Shown in pieces: positions 19,165 to 29,383 of a DNA stretch of 64,000 nucleotides. Within the stretch, counting starts at the first letter, position 1; every line of letters begins with the position of its first letter. The notes below the pieces were generated by a model. That model saw nothing but the letters and a program-made list of their open reading frames with translations, searched no databases and had not been told where the DNA came from. The position numbers and the translations under genes were made by a program. Source of the stretch: Candidatus Woesearchaeota archaeon (GTDB lineage Archaea > Nanobdellota > Nanobdellia > SCGC-AAA011-G17 > UBA489); NCBI GenBank assembly GCA_964366415.1, contig CAYITG010000001.1, positions 387,203-451,202 on the forward strand. Direction: 5' to 3'.

Positions 19165-19332
19165 ATGTCCGATTTATTGGTTGTACGAAGTAAAATTAAA
19201 GAATGCACTGATTGTAATGTTTCTGGTGACTTTGCTGACGCTTTAAGCAAAAGAGTTTCACAAATGGTCAAAGAAGCTGAACGACGTGCCAAAGACAATG
19301 GCAGAAAGACATTGAAACCTCAGGATTTATAA
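19165..19332 (+). CDS. Short histone-fold protein (DUF1931-like / face-to-face type), 55 aa; not in ORF track
   Basis: Manual translation MSDLLVVRSKIKECTDCNVSGDFADALSKRVSQMVKEAERRAKDNGRKTLKPQDL with RA..NGRKT...DL; GAGGTG RBS. Confidence 0.88.
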   Translation: MSDLLVVRSKIKECTDCNVSGDFADALSKRVSQMVKEAERRAKDNGRKTLKPQDL

Positions 19333-19362
19333 TTCTGAGTTTCATTTCTTTTTCTTTTTTTC

Positions 19363-19815
19363 TTACTTTATCCATTTAATTTCTATTGTTTCATAATCTT
19401 CTGGATTATTACTTCTATATTTGTGGACATCAACATGAAGATGTGGTCCTAACTGAGCAATCCATCCTGTTTTACCAGAATATCCAATGATTTGACCCAT
19501 CTTTACTTTATCACCGACTTTTACTATTGAGCCCTTTTGCTTGATGTGTTCGTAAATAGAATATTCATCATTCTTATGTTGTATTTCGATGTAATTTCCA
19601 AACTTATCATACTCTTCAGTTGAGCCACTCTTGTTAGAATCTTGTTTGATATCTATCACTACACCATCACAAGCTGCTTTAATTGGCGTTCCTTCTGGAC
19701 AGATAAAATCAATTGCGTGTTTTAGTTTTCCTACATGCGCCGGTGATTCACTAGCGCTCATGCGCACCATCTTAGACTGTTCAATAGGATATGTATATTC
19801 ATTTGTTGATTTCAT
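19363..19815 (-). CDS. M23 family metallopeptidase
   Basis: HAIDF, GNYIEIQH, VKVGDKVKMGQIIGYSGKTG and GPHLH motifs. Confidence 0.9.
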   Translation of the reverse strand: MKSTNEYTYPIEQSKMVRMSASESPAHVGKLKHAIDFICPEGTPIKAACDGVVIDIKQDSNKSGSTEEYDKFGNYIEIQHKNDEYSIYEHIKQKGSIVKVGDKVKMGQIIGYSGKTGWIAQLGPHLHVDVHKYRSNNPEDYETIEIKWIK

Positions 19816-19845
19816 TAATGATCTCTTTTTATTATCTAATACTTA

Positions 19846-20400
19846 TTACTTTCGTACACGCAACATCATTGTTTTCTCTATGATTGCAACTTCTTCTTCG
19901 ACAGTCAGTACTCCAGAATTTAAGGCGATACCATAATGCGCAGCATCACGATAATCAAATTTATCTCCGTAGAGCTTTTTACCTATGCTTACTTCATCTT
20001 GCTCTCGTTCTTCTAAAATATGTTCAATCTCTGGAACAGATTTTCCAGGATATTTCTGCATGGTGTGTGCTCGCTGTGCTCTTATTTTCAGATCTGCTGT
20101 CACAAAGACTAACAAGCTCGGTAGATCTTTACAATACATTGAATATCGTGAGTCTCCGATGACATTTCCTCTTTTGAAGACTTCTCGTGCTTCAATGTTT
20201 TTTCGTTGTTGATCTCTTAGAGGCACACTTCTTCAGAACTCTTCGAAGGAAACATTTCCCTTAGGATATTTTTCTTTCCATTCATCTCTCCATATCTGAC
20301 CGATCGCATAAATGGGCCAATGATACATTTCTGAAAGTTTTTTAGCAAGCGTTGTTTTTCCTGAAAGAGGCAATCCAGAAAGAATTATGCTTGTCATCAT
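19846..20400 (-). pseudogene. cmk: Cytidylate-kinase-like P-loop protein with an in-frame TGA at codon 56 (20233-20235)
   Basis: MMTSIILSGLPLSGKTTLAKKL...SFEEF*RSVPLRDQ...GDSR...FVTADLKIRAQR...ILEERE: one continuous frame apart from the single stop. Confidence 0.7.
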
Positions 20401-20453
20401 TTTATTTTTTGATAGGAGTTAATCTTTTAAAGGTTCTCTCATTTTATATTACT

Positions 20454-20855
20454 ATGAGCAACAAAGGGAAAGGGAGTCGATTGGAAAGAGAGCTGTTGCA
20501 TCAATTCTGGGAACATAAATGGTTTTGCACACGCATGGCTGGAAGCGGAAGCATGCCGTTGCCATGCCCTGATCTTTTAGCTGGCAAGAAAGGACGAGTT
20601 CTAGCTATTGAATGTAAGGGTGGCAAAGGAGACAAGAGACGATATATTGATATTGGACAAATTGAAGAACTGAAACAATTCGCGCATGGCTTTGGCGCTG
20701 AAGCATGGGTAGGTGCAAGATTTAATGGCATGGAATGGTTTTTCTTGAAGATCACTGATTTAGGACGAAGTGAAAGCGCTTTTTACATTGATAAAGACTT
20801 GGCTCAATCGAAAGGAATTCTCTTTTCTCAATTGATTTCGGAAAAATCTTTGTAA
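20454..20855 (+). CDS. hjc: Holliday junction resolvase Hjc
   Basis: KGSRLERELL, RMAGSG, PDLLAG and AIECK motifs. Confidence 0.93.
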   Translation: MSNKGKGSRLERELLHQFWEHKWFCTRMAGSGSMPLPCPDLLAGKKGRVLAIECKGGKGDKRRYIDIGQIEELKQFAHGFGAEAWVGARFNGMEWFFLKITDLGRSESAFYIDKDLAQSKGILFSQLISEKSL

Positions 20856-20940
20856 CAAATGGAAAGAATAAACATTTTTACCTCATTTTTCTTTGTTCTT
20901 CTCCGCAACTTCTTTAATACGTCTCATTAATTTTCGTAGG

Positions 20941-22386
20941 ATGAAATATCTTTTTGCGTTGTTAATGCTGATACCTTGCGCAACTGCTCTTCAGGTTTCA
21001 GAGATCATGTATAATCCTGTTGGCAATGACAATAACCTTGAGTATGTTGAACTCTATTCTGAGGAAGAGCTTAATCTCAGCGTGTATACCTTTGAAGATT
21101 CCTCAAGCAGTGATATTTTGACTCTTGTGTCGTATGCAGACAGTTCGTATTATCTTCTTGTTGAAGATGGATTCAATAGCACTGGAATGAATGCTAGTAT
21201 TTACACGACTGGACCAACCTTAGGCAATAACTTGAACAATGATCAAGATATTATCATGTTGCGCGATGATCAAGGCGATGTTGTTACGGTGATGAGTTAT
21301 GAACATTCCTTAGGCGGAGATGGGAATGGCATGGCTTTGTGTTATAATAGCGCTCTTGTGGAATGTGTTCCTACGCCTGGGATGGAGAATATCATCAATA
21401 GTTCCACTTCGAATGAAACTGATCCACAGCAGAATACGACTACTTTTGATTATTCCCATATCATGATCAATGAATTTCTTCCTAATCCTCATGGCTTAGA
21501 CACAGAAGACATGCCTGATGGAGAATGGATTGAATTATATAATGAAGGTGACAGCATTGATGTGCATGGATTGGAATTATGCGATAAAGACTGGAATTGT
21601 ATTCTTGCTGATGGCAATCGCACACAGAGTGGAACTTTTATAGGAAATAGAAACTATCTTGTTGTGTACATGAATGGAAAGAGTTTGTTGAACAATGCTA
21701 ACCATGAAAAAGTTCGACTTGTCTATGAAGGACAGATTCTTGATGAAGTTTCGTATGAAGGATCAGATGATGGATCTTCATGGTCGATGCTGGATGAAGA
21801 GTGGAAACAAACGAAACCAACTCCCGGGAGTCAAAATAAAGAACCTTATTCTCCAGAACAAGAACAGATGATAAATACCTCGCGCATTTTAATCAAGAAA
21901 ATTAGTGTTGGTTCTGATAATATCACGCGTTTTGGAGACATGTTTGATGTGCGTGTGTGGACATACAAAGGAAATACAGAAAAAGAACGCGTTGTTGTGT
22001 ATGTTGAAAATATTAGCGAAAAAGTGCAATTTTCTGTTGTGGAAAAATATCAAGCATATGAACTCGTACTGCCTATTCATCTTGATGACAACTGTAACCG
22101 AGAATATCCTGAAGGACGCTATGGTTTATTTGTAGAAGGATTGGGAATTACTCTCCAAGAACATGTGATTGTTAATTATAGCGCCTCTTGCAGGCGTGCA
22201 GAAGAATTTACGTTGCTTTCTCATCAACAGGCGAAAGAAAGTCTTATAAACCAAAGCATGCAAAATTCACCTTTAACAGGAAATGTTGTTTATCGCTCAA
22301 AAGAAGAGCGCATACGGGAATATAGCCTGTATGGGTTTGCTCTTTTGTCGGTATTACTCCTTGGCTATTTCCTGCTGAGAAGATAA
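20941..22386 (+). CDS. Secreted/membrane-anchored protein with two lamin-tail domains
   Basis: Signal peptide; SEIMYNP..EYVELY and INEFLPNP..EWIELYN, each ending PTPG; C-terminal TM. Confidence 0.82.
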   Translation: MKYLFALLMLIPCATALQVSEIMYNPVGNDNNLEYVELYSEEELNLSVYTFEDSSSSDILTLVSYADSSYYLLVEDGFNSTGMNASIYTTGPTLGNNLNNDQDIIMLRDDQGDVVTVMSYEHSLGGDGNGMALCYNSALVECVPTPGMENIINSSTSNETDPQQNTTTFDYSHIMINEFLPNPHGLDTEDMPDGEWIELYNEGDSIDVHGLELCDKDWNCILADGNRTQSGTFIGNRNYLVVYMNGKSLLNNANHEKVRLVYEGQILDEVSYEGSDDGSSWSMLDEEWKQTKPTPGSQNKEPYSPEQEQMINTSRILIKKISVGSDNITRFGDMFDVRVWTYKGNTEKERVVVYVENISEKVQFSVVEKYQAYELVLPIHLDDNCNREYPEGRYGLFVEGLGITLQEHVIVNYSASCRRAEEFTLLSHQQAKESLINQSMQNSPLTGNVVYRSKEERIREYSLYGFALLSVLLLGYFLLRR

Positions 22387-22388
22387 TC

Positions 22389-22811
22389 ATGGTTAAAGCA
22401 CGAAGCATTATTGAAATTGTTGGCGGACCAAAGGAATATGTAGACAAGGCTATGGGCATTGTCCTTGATAAATTGCGTGAGAGCAAGGAGATTAAATTAC
22501 TTAAGGATAAGGTGTTTGAAGCGCAGCCTCTTGATGGAAAGAAACCTTTATTTAGCAGCTTTTGTGAAATTGAACTTGAAGTGAAGAAGATGGATGATTT
22601 GTTTGGTTTTTGTTTTGATTTTATGCCCAGCTCCGTTGAAATTTATGATCCTGCTGAACTTGCCTTGAATATTGATGCAGTGAATGAGATGGTGAATGAA
22701 TTGATTACCAAACTTCATCAGTATGACATGGCTTTCAAGAACATTTATGCACAAAATATTGTTATGAAACGACAACTTGATGAGTTAACCAAAAAACAAG
22801 AGAAGAAATAA
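22389..22811 (+). CDS. Conserved archaeal hypothetical protein
   Basis: IIEIVGGPKEYV and FDFMPSSVEI segments. Confidence 0.75.
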   Translation: MVKARSIIEIVGGPKEYVDKAMGIVLDKLRESKEIKLLKDKVFEAQPLDGKKPLFSSFCEIELEVKKMDDLFGFCFDFMPSSVEIYDPAELALNIDAVNEMVNELITKLHQYDMAFKNIYAQNIVMKRQLDELTKKQEKK

Positions 22812-24047
22812 TTATTTTCGTTCTACTTTTCTGATATATTGGTCAAAGGTTTGTTTTTTTCTCATTGGTTTGCGCAATAGAAGATAGAATAATACTGCAA
22901 CAACAATCACAACAATAAAGCTGATAAGGGTTGTCGGACGTCGCTTTACTTTTTGTGGCGGTTGAACGGAGTAATTAAAGAAAGAATCAATATCTGGAGA
23001 CGGTTGTGTTTGATCTGGAGTTTTATTAAGTGAAGGAATTATTGTTGTACTATCTTCCTGGAGCATTTTGAATGACATGGGAAACGATAAAGAAAAATCT
23101 TTGTATGTTGCGATAAGTGCGCCTTCATAGTGCTCTTTCTTTATTGATTTTTGTTGATTAACCCTTATGGTGATGCCATACTCTTGATAGGGAAGCAAGA
23201 CTAATGATTGTGGTTGTATTGTTGTGATTTCAGTGATATCTCCCATTAACGAGATGGTTATTGCATCTAAGGTTTCATTGCGGTTATTCTTGATATTCAA
23301 TGTTCCTTCTAAGGTTTTATCTTTTGCAAGTGTTCTGTTGAGACTTGTCATCATAGTGATGAATGTAAAAGGTTGCAGTGAAGATGTTGGAGTGGATGGT
23401 TGCGTGATGTTCTTGAGATAGATGGGAATGACATACTCTTTTTCGTATGTTATTTTAAGAAGAAGAGGTTGCTCTTGAGGCGTTCCATCTACAGCAAAGA
23501 TAAACTTTCGTGATGTCCCTTGTGTAATATACTGCGGCCCTTCATAGACGTGTTTGATGCCTGGGGGAGCATGAAGAGTGACATTTGTTGATTGACCTTT
23601 GTCTGTTACGGTGAGTTCCAACTTTTCTCCTGGAAGAAAAATACCAGGGAATATAGAGATATAAGGGGTTTCTTTTTTAATGATAAGGGGAATAGTATGT
23701 GATCGTTCTACTAAAGTACTTCCTTGAAGAGTTTGAATATTCTTGAGTGTGAGATCATATGTTCCTTCTTGTATGGTTAACGGAAGCGTGAAAAAAAGAA
23801 GATAGTGATTTGTTGATATTTTTTTCAGGAAAGGAGCGATAGCCACTGTTGTTTGACCTTGTGATAAGGAAACATCTTTTGGTTGTGGCTCCTTGAGGGT
23901 ATTTGCAAGAAAAAGTTCCCATTGCACTGTTTCTGCAGGAGCGTAGATCTCTTTGTACAGCTTCGATGGCGCTGCTTCCTGCGCAGCAATATAGGGCAAT
24001 ACCATTACGCATATGATTCCTAGACACAGAAGGCGCGCAATTTTCAT
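22812..24047 (-). CDS. Secreted/membrane-anchored beta-rich protein
   Basis: Signal peptide, probable Ig-like segments and C-terminal TM. Confidence 0.7.
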   Translation of the reverse strand: MKIARLLCLGIICVMVLPYIAAQEAAPSKLYKEIYAPAETVQWELFLANTLKEPQPKDVSLSQGQTTVAIAPFLKKISTNHYLLFFTLPLTIQEGTYDLTLKNIQTLQGSTLVERSHTIPLIIKKETPYISIFPGIFLPGEKLELTVTDKGQSTNVTLHAPPGIKHVYEGPQYITQGTSRKFIFAVDGTPQEQPLLLKITYEKEYVIPIYLKNITQPSTPTSSLQPFTFITMMTSLNRTLAKDKTLEGTLNIKNNRNETLDAITISLMGDITEITTIQPQSLVLLPYQEYGITIRVNQQKSIKKEHYEGALIATYKDFSLSFPMSFKMLQEDSTTIIPSLNKTPDQTQPSPDIDSFFNYSVQPPQKVKRRPTTLISFIVVIVVAVLFYLLLRKPMRKKQTFDQYIRKVERK

Positions 24048-25825
24048 TACAACTTTTTCAGCAGTTTTTTTGCTTCCTCGATGGACTTATCCAATTCCTC
24101 TTCCACTCGTGACTTTTTTGCTGGTGGTGAGGCGCGAGGCATTGGCTGAGGATAGCGTGGCTGAGGTTGAGAAGACATGAAAGGGAACTCTGAAGGTTTG
24201 TGTGAAGGCTGTGCTTTATTTCCTGGCTTACGGAACTTGAAATAATATAACATCAATCCAACAAGCATGATCACAATAACGATGGAAATCCACCAAGGAA
24301 ATCCTCCTTTTTCTTCTTCACACATACAATTGGACTGACATGCGCCTGCGCATTGTGTATCATCGCCAAATCCCGTAATGCTGTCAATATCACATTGTTC
24401 TGATCCTTCAACGATGCCGTTACCGCATACTGGCGTTTGTTCACAGTCCTGCGGACATGAGGATGACACTAATTCTTGATTATCACATGCGCCGTCTCCA
24501 CAGCTACAATCTTGAGGGCATGTTGAGGAATCTTCAAAGGCAGTTTCGCAGATGCCATTCACCTGGCAATTTGTTGTTTGCTGTTCACAATCATCTGGGC
24601 AGTTATTGGCATTTTCTGTTTCTCGATCACATATGCCATCTCCACATTCAAACACTGGCTCATTACCGCCTGGGAGAGGTATAAGATGCGGCGGAGGCAA
24701 GTTAATGGCTGCTCCTGAGAATGCAGCGTACAGTGTGGCTGCTGTTTTCAAGACATTATCTTCCCATGAACCATCACTACTTTGCTTTTCTTCTAGCCAT
24801 GATGTTGCTTGAGCTAAAACGCTACTTTCCGTGCTTTTCTTTAATGCCAACACCGCCATTGCTGTTTCAAAGACTTGCTTGTTGAAACTACCATCATTTC
24901 TTTGCAATGCTTTCAAATCACTGATGTATTGCAATTTGATGGCTTCATCTGTAGACAAGGAAAGCAAGGCATTATCGATCGCTTTGAACTTATCATATTT
25001 ATTTTGCACATGTAAGCTGACTGTTACATCAGATCCTATCGTATGCAATATCCAATCTGAAAACAAGGATGTGTCAAAATTACATGATGACTTATGTGTT
25101 GCACCAAAACAACCATTGGTAATGGTAAATATCTCTCTCGGAGCATCTGATTTGCCCATCAGATAATAATTTGATCCTGAATTAAAGATTAATCCTAATG
25201 TTGTGCTTGGGCCAAGTTCATTACAGTTCACGTCAATCTCTAATCCTGGGTTTTGTGTCAAGAGATTTGTTTCCAGGCACGCGTTCAAATCGAATAGTGT
25301 TGGAATTGTTGCCTGAGGACAACTAAATTTTCCTTGATTCACAGGAACGTCTTTTTGCACATTGTTGCCTGCCTTGTCATATGAAACTTTACATGTTCCA
25401 TTATTGGATGTGATGACTTCAAGATACCAGAAATTCCTCAAATCTGGATCAGCAGATATTGCATCTTGCAAGTATGCTTCAATATCTGATGTATCTTCTC
25501 CAAATTCATCTAGAACCAACAACGCAAAAGCAGTTTCCTTGATGTTACATGCGCCTGCAGGGAAGCAGTGTGCACTTGTATCTTCTTTTGACTTGATGTA
25601 TTGTACGCCAAGGTCAGCATGATCTAAGGCTCCAGAATCACGCAGAGCCAATGTTGCAAATGCTGTGGCAACAATATTATCCTGACAATTTCCGTTCGGA
25701 CAATGACCCACGAGCCATTCAAAGCCTTTATTTGCATTAAAATTAGAATTTGATGTTTGAGCACCGACGAGAGCAGCAACAAGTACGCAGAAAATCATTA
25801 CTAGTGATATCTTTAATAGCCTCAT
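24047..25825 (-). CDS. Surface protein with prenyltransferase/terpene-cyclase-like helical repeats and Cys-rich repeats
   Basis: Signal peptide; QRNDGSF and QSSDGSW motifs; CGDGxC..E...CPxDC repeats; TM and tail. Confidence 0.75.
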   Translation of the reverse strand: MRLLKISLVMIFCVLVAALVGAQTSNSNFNANKGFEWLVGHCPNGNCQDNIVATAFATLALRDSGALDHADLGVQYIKSKEDTSAHCFPAGACNIKETAFALLVLDEFGEDTSDIEAYLQDAISADPDLRNFWYLEVITSNNGTCKVSYDKAGNNVQKDVPVNQGKFSCPQATIPTLFDLNACLETNLLTQNPGLEIDVNCNELGPSTTLGLIFNSGSNYYLMGKSDAPREIFTITNGCFGATHKSSCNFDTSLFSDWILHTIGSDVTVSLHVQNKYDKFKAIDNALLSLSTDEAIKLQYISDLKALQRNDGSFNKQVFETAMAVLALKKSTESSVLAQATSWLEEKQSSDGSWEDNVLKTAATLYAAFSGAAINLPPPHLIPLPGGNEPVFECGDGICDRETENANNCPDDCEQQTTNCQVNGICETAFEDSSTCPQDCSCGDGACDNQELVSSSCPQDCEQTPVCGNGIVEGSEQCDIDSITGFGDDTQCAGACQSNCMCEEEKGGFPWWISIVIVIMLVGLMLYYFKFRKPGNKAQPSHKPSEFPFMSSQPQPRYPQPMPRASPPAKKSRVEEELDKSIEEAKKLLKKL

Positions 25826-25919
25826 CGTCACCCTCTTTTTGTTATTATACCTCTGGCAAGGCACTTTAAATACCTTTCTGTGAGAAAATGTATTTAAACA
25901 GCGAAAGAACGATGTGTTT

Positions 25920-26477
25920 ATGGAATATTTGAATAAGGGCAAACGTGGCGTTGTATATCTTGCTGAAGAACATGGCAAAAATGTAGTTGTTAAAAAAGAA
26001 CGACCTGGTAGTCAAGCATTGCGTGCATTGCATAATGAAGCTTATTGGATACAAGCGTTGAACAAACATAAGATTGGTCCTCGTTTTTACCGATTTGAAG
26101 ATTCCATGCTCGTCATGGAATACATTGAAGGCGTTCCTTTTGTTGCATGGTATCCTGATCAACCAAAGAAGAATGTTCATCGTGCACTCAAAGATATTTT
26201 TCAGCAATGCAGACAGATGGACCTTTTAAAGGTCAATAAATTTGAGATGCATTATCCTGTCAAACATATCCTCATGAGAAAAGGCAAACCAGTGATGATT
26301 GATTTTGAGCGTTGTAAAAGAACATTAACACCAAAGAATGTGACACAGTTTGCACAATTCTTGCTTACGCTGCAGTTTCCTGTTGATCGAGAAGCATTGA
26401 AAAGATTATTACAAGATTATAAGAAAACTTATCGTGAAGAGACGTTCATGAAGATCGTGCAGTTGTTTGTTTCTTAG
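25920..26477 (+). CDS. Small archaeal Ser/Thr kinase-like protein
   Basis: KGKRGVVY, VVVK, LVMEYIEG and MIDFE motifs. Confidence 0.8.
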   Translation: MEYLNKGKRGVVYLAEEHGKNVVVKKERPGSQALRALHNEAYWIQALNKHKIGPRFYRFEDSMLVMEYIEGVPFVAWYPDQPKKNVHRALKDIFQQCRQMDLLKVNKFEMHYPVKHILMRKGKPVMIDFERCKRTLTPKNVTQFAQFLLTLQFPVDREALKRLLQDYKKTYREETFMKIVQLFVS

Positions 26478-27804
26478 GTTTCTTTGGTTTCTTTTGTGGT
26501 TTTTGATTACTTAACAATTTCAAACGCAATAATGAATAATTTACCGGGTTCTTGATCTTTGAACAATAATTATCTGGCTTGCAGACTCCCATGGAGACAT
26601 AATAGGCGTCATTTGCGCAGTTGGGGGGAAGCATGATCTGCTGGTTGCGCTTATGCCAGCTAATTTGAGAGCGAACATAACCTTCACGTAACGGTTCGTA
26701 ATTTTTTTTGTTCCAGTCTAGTAACATCTGCTCTATTTCTTCCATGCCATATTTCATATGCTTCAGGAAGTTAATTAAAACCAAAATAGCTCGTTTTCTG
26801 CCATCTGTTGGCACTCCAGCAAGGAGTAATTTAATGCATGGTGGGAAGAGTTCTTCTGAAACTTTGGTTTTTGGCTCAAATGCCTGTTGTTTTTGGAACT
26901 GCTGTTTGTGCTCTTCTTCTTTTTTCTCCATGACAATGGCATTTTTCTTTGCATAATCAAATGCTTGAACCAGCAATTGACTTGCTTCCTGTTCTTGTGG
27001 GGTGGGCATGAATGGATAGACTTTCTCCACATTTTCTATCTTCGCTTGCGATGGACGGAATTGCTTGATCTTATCTGGAGTGATAACGACACTGATCATT
27101 CCTGATTTCTCATTGACAGAATAGGGTGATCGTACAAGATGGCGTGATGAAATTAAAATGGTATCAACATCGATCACTGCAAAAGGATCGAAGATATTTT
27201 TGACCATTAATTTTTCATAGGGAATGCCTGTTGCTTCGCTCATTTCTTTTGGTGTGCTGATAGCAAGAACAGCTGTCTTGAGTTGATCTTTGATTAATTC
27301 AGAAAGGTATTCGGCAATCATGCGCGGCCCTTCCGGAAATAATAGCTGCGTTTTCTTTGCATTGACGGTGGATGGGAATGATGCATAAGGTATTGCAAGG
27401 TGAAATCCACGATTTCCACTAAACTTGAGACCAATATTATTAATCTGGTGGAATTGCAAGGCTTCAATGAGCAATTGCGCCGTTATTTTTGAGAATTCAA
27501 TGAATTTACAATCGATATCTAAAATTAGATCCCAGCCAGAACGTAGTTCATCAAGGTCTTTTCTCGTCATACCTGTCTTTAATTTTAAAGGATCATGCCA
27601 GTGTTCTTCTGAAATATGAAATGAGGTTGCACCTTCTTGTGCTAATTCTTTGATATCTGATTCGTATTGAATAATGTCTGGACGTTTTCCGTAGCCACTT
27701 TCTCCAAACTTGACTGCCACTTCTCTATTTTTAGCAATAGACACTATTTCTGCTTGAACGTCCTTTCTACTATAATACTTTAGTATACGCGGATCAGCCC
27801 CCAT
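26446..27804 (-). CDS. DNA primase, fused small and large subunit (PriS-PriL)
   Basis: PriS motifs WDLILDID and KFSGNRGFH plus PriL C-terminal Fe-S motifs FPPCI, PPNC and C..IKNP. Confidence 0.9.
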   Translation of the reverse strand: MGADPRILKYYSRKDVQAEIVSIAKNREVAVKFGESGYGKRPDIIQYESDIKELAQEGATSFHISEEHWHDPLKLKTGMTRKDLDELRSGWDLILDIDCKFIEFSKITAQLLIEALQFHQINNIGLKFSGNRGFHLAIPYASFPSTVNAKKTQLLFPEGPRMIAEYLSELIKDQLKTAVLAISTPKEMSEATGIPYEKLMVKNIFDPFAVIDVDTILISSRHLVRSPYSVNEKSGMISVVITPDKIKQFRPSQAKIENVEKVYPFMPTPQEQEASQLLVQAFDYAKKNAIVMEKKEEEHKQQFQKQQAFEPKTKVSEELFPPCIKLLLAGVPTDGRKRAILVLINFLKHMKYGMEEIEQMLLDWNKKNYEPLREGYVRSQISWHKRNQQIMLPPNCANDAYYVSMGVCKPDNYCSKIKNPVNYSLLRLKLLSNQKPQKKPKKPKKQTTARSS

Positions 27805-27858
27805 ATAGCCTATAAGAATGATTGTGTTTAAAAAGATTTAGACTGTTAGCGAGAAGTA

Positions 27859-28266
27859 TTATTGCTGAGAAGCTGTTTGGATGTCTTGGCGCAGTTTTTG
27901 AGCATGGGCCATCAATTTTTGTATTTCTGCTTGCATACTTTGTGTGATATTTTTCATTTCTTCAATCTGTTGATTCAACATTTTTTGAGCTTCAGGCAAG
28001 CTCTTTTTGACGAGCGTGTTTGCACCAACATTCATCAGCACTTCGTTTGGCTTTTCTAGGGTTGTTTCCATGGACATGCCGGGGCCTATTTGTGCGAACG
28101 CTTTTGCTTTTGGCTTTACTGCTTTCAAGCTTTCAAGATTTTCTACAACTGAAGAAATTTCCGTTGTCTGCTGTTCAAGAATATTTAACTGCTGGTGAAG
28201 AACTTTAATTTGCTGATCAACCATCTGGAATTCAACGATAGATTGTTGTATTTCTTCCTTTTTCAT
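27859..28266 (-). CDS. pfdA: Prefoldin subunit alpha
   Basis: Coiled coils around IGPG and VLMNVGANTLVKK. Confidence 0.9.
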   Translation of the reverse strand: MKKEEIQQSIVEFQMVDQQIKVLHQQLNILEQQTTEISSVVENLESLKAVKPKAKAFAQIGPGMSMETTLEKPNEVLMNVGANTLVKKSLPEAQKMLNQQIEEMKNITQSMQAEIQKLMAHAQKLRQDIQTASQQ

Positions 28267-28637
28267 TATTTCCTAGATGGTTTTTCAGATTTCTTTTTTT
28301 CTTTCTTTGTCTCTTTTTTTGCTTCTTTTGGTTTTTCTGGTGCTGCTTTCTTTATGTTCCTTACATGCTGCGGTTTTGGACCTTTTTGTTTCTTTGTTTT
28401 TGGTTCGACAATTTCTATCTTTAGACTCTTGAATTCCTTGACCACTTCTGCATGAGGTGCATTCTTCTTTAATTTTAACATCTTTGATGTTGGTTCAAGA
28501 TGAAGAATGTTACAACGCTTTCTTTTGACTTGACCATCAATCGTGACAAATTTATTATCTCCCGTATCAACTATCACAACCATTTTTCCCGCGTCTTTTC
28601 CAGCGGTTTTCACACAAACTCTTCCGATGTCTAGCAT
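28266..28637 (-). CDS. rpl14e: 50S ribosomal protein L14e
   Basis: IGRVCVKTAGKDAGK and KRKRCNILHLEPT motifs. Confidence 0.95.
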   Translation of the reverse strand: MLDIGRVCVKTAGKDAGKMVVIVDTGDNKFVTIDGQVKRKRCNILHLEPTSKMLKLKKNAPHAEVVKEFKSLKIEIVEPKTKKQKGPKPQHVRNIKKAAPEKPKEAKKETKKEKKKSEKPSRK

Positions 28638-28646
28638 ATGTTCACC

Positions 28647-28895
28647 TTATATGGATCTCGCCTTCTCCACCATCATTGATTGCAAGCAATTGAAGCACAT
28701 CACTCCTCCAAATGCACGCTGAGGACGTTTCTTTGACTTTGTTGCGCTTGCTGATACTCCCTGCAAGATCTTTCTGCAAGAAGCACATACTGGCCTGCTT
28801 GATTTCTTTTCGGTGTAATGCGTTACTACTCTCCCGCCAGGTACTTTTCTCTTATGTCTATTCAACTTACGTGATCTGTGTTGTGGGCTTGGCAT
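28647..28895 (-). CDS. rpl34e: 50S ribosomal protein L34e
   Basis: PGGRVVTHY, CASC and RAFGGVMC motifs. Confidence 0.93.
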   Translation of the reverse strand: MPSPQHRSRKLNRHKRKVPGGRVVTHYTEKKSSRPVCASCRKILQGVSASATKSKKRPQRAFGGVMCFNCLQSMMVEKARSI

Positions 28896-28908
28896 GAGAG
28901 AACCTCGA

Positions 28909-29382
28909 TTAAGAGACTTTTAAAAGCTTTCTGAAAAGCGTATTTGTGACTAAAGATGTTAAAATATATGTCCACAACCAACCAATGCCTATGCCAAAAA
29001 AGGGTATTTTGAAACCCCATGCAAATAAGTCACCAGCCGGAAGATAGGTTGCGCGCAACCATGAGAACAGGATAAGGACAGGAATAAGCGTGTACAAAGA
29101 CGGCCACATCGTATGCCTCATCAACGGCCAATTCTTTTTCATCAATTGCGTGTTGAGATCCATTACTTTTTCTTTATTGTCTCTATTCTTTTTTATTTCT
29201 TCTTGTAATATTTTAATTTCGTCGCGCAATGCTTTGATTGCTTGCTGATTTGATAGATATTTATATGCGATGGTGATCAGAAATGTGATCAATATTGAAA
29301 TGACAATAAGACTCAGTTGAGGCGGAAGATTATTTGTTAAAGGCGAAAAAATAACATCCAAGATTGGTTTAACAATAGCCAT
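28909..29382 (-). CDS. DUF106 / EMC3-TMCO1 family membrane insertase
   Basis: TM, coiled coil, then GWLWTYIL; conserved position after secY. Confidence 0.88.
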   Translation of the reverse strand: MAIVKPILDVIFSPLTNNLPPQLSLIVISILITFLITIAYKYLSNQQAIKALRDEIKILQEEIKKNRDNKEKVMDLNTQLMKKNWPLMRHTMWPSLYTLIPVLILFSWLRATYLPAGDLFAWGFKIPFFGIGIGWLWTYILTSLVTNTLFRKLLKVS

Positions 29383-29383
29383 T

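Noticed and set aside
20233..20235. TGA-to-Trp/Gly genetic code reassignment
   Set aside because: Several core genes (secE, spt5, rps3, rpl4) end with TGA at the expected positions, and TGG is used for Trp.
26446..27804. Fused primase (and the separately encoded MetRS C-terminal domain) as novelties
   Set aside because: Both arrangements are already known; PriS-PriL fusion is typical of DPANN.
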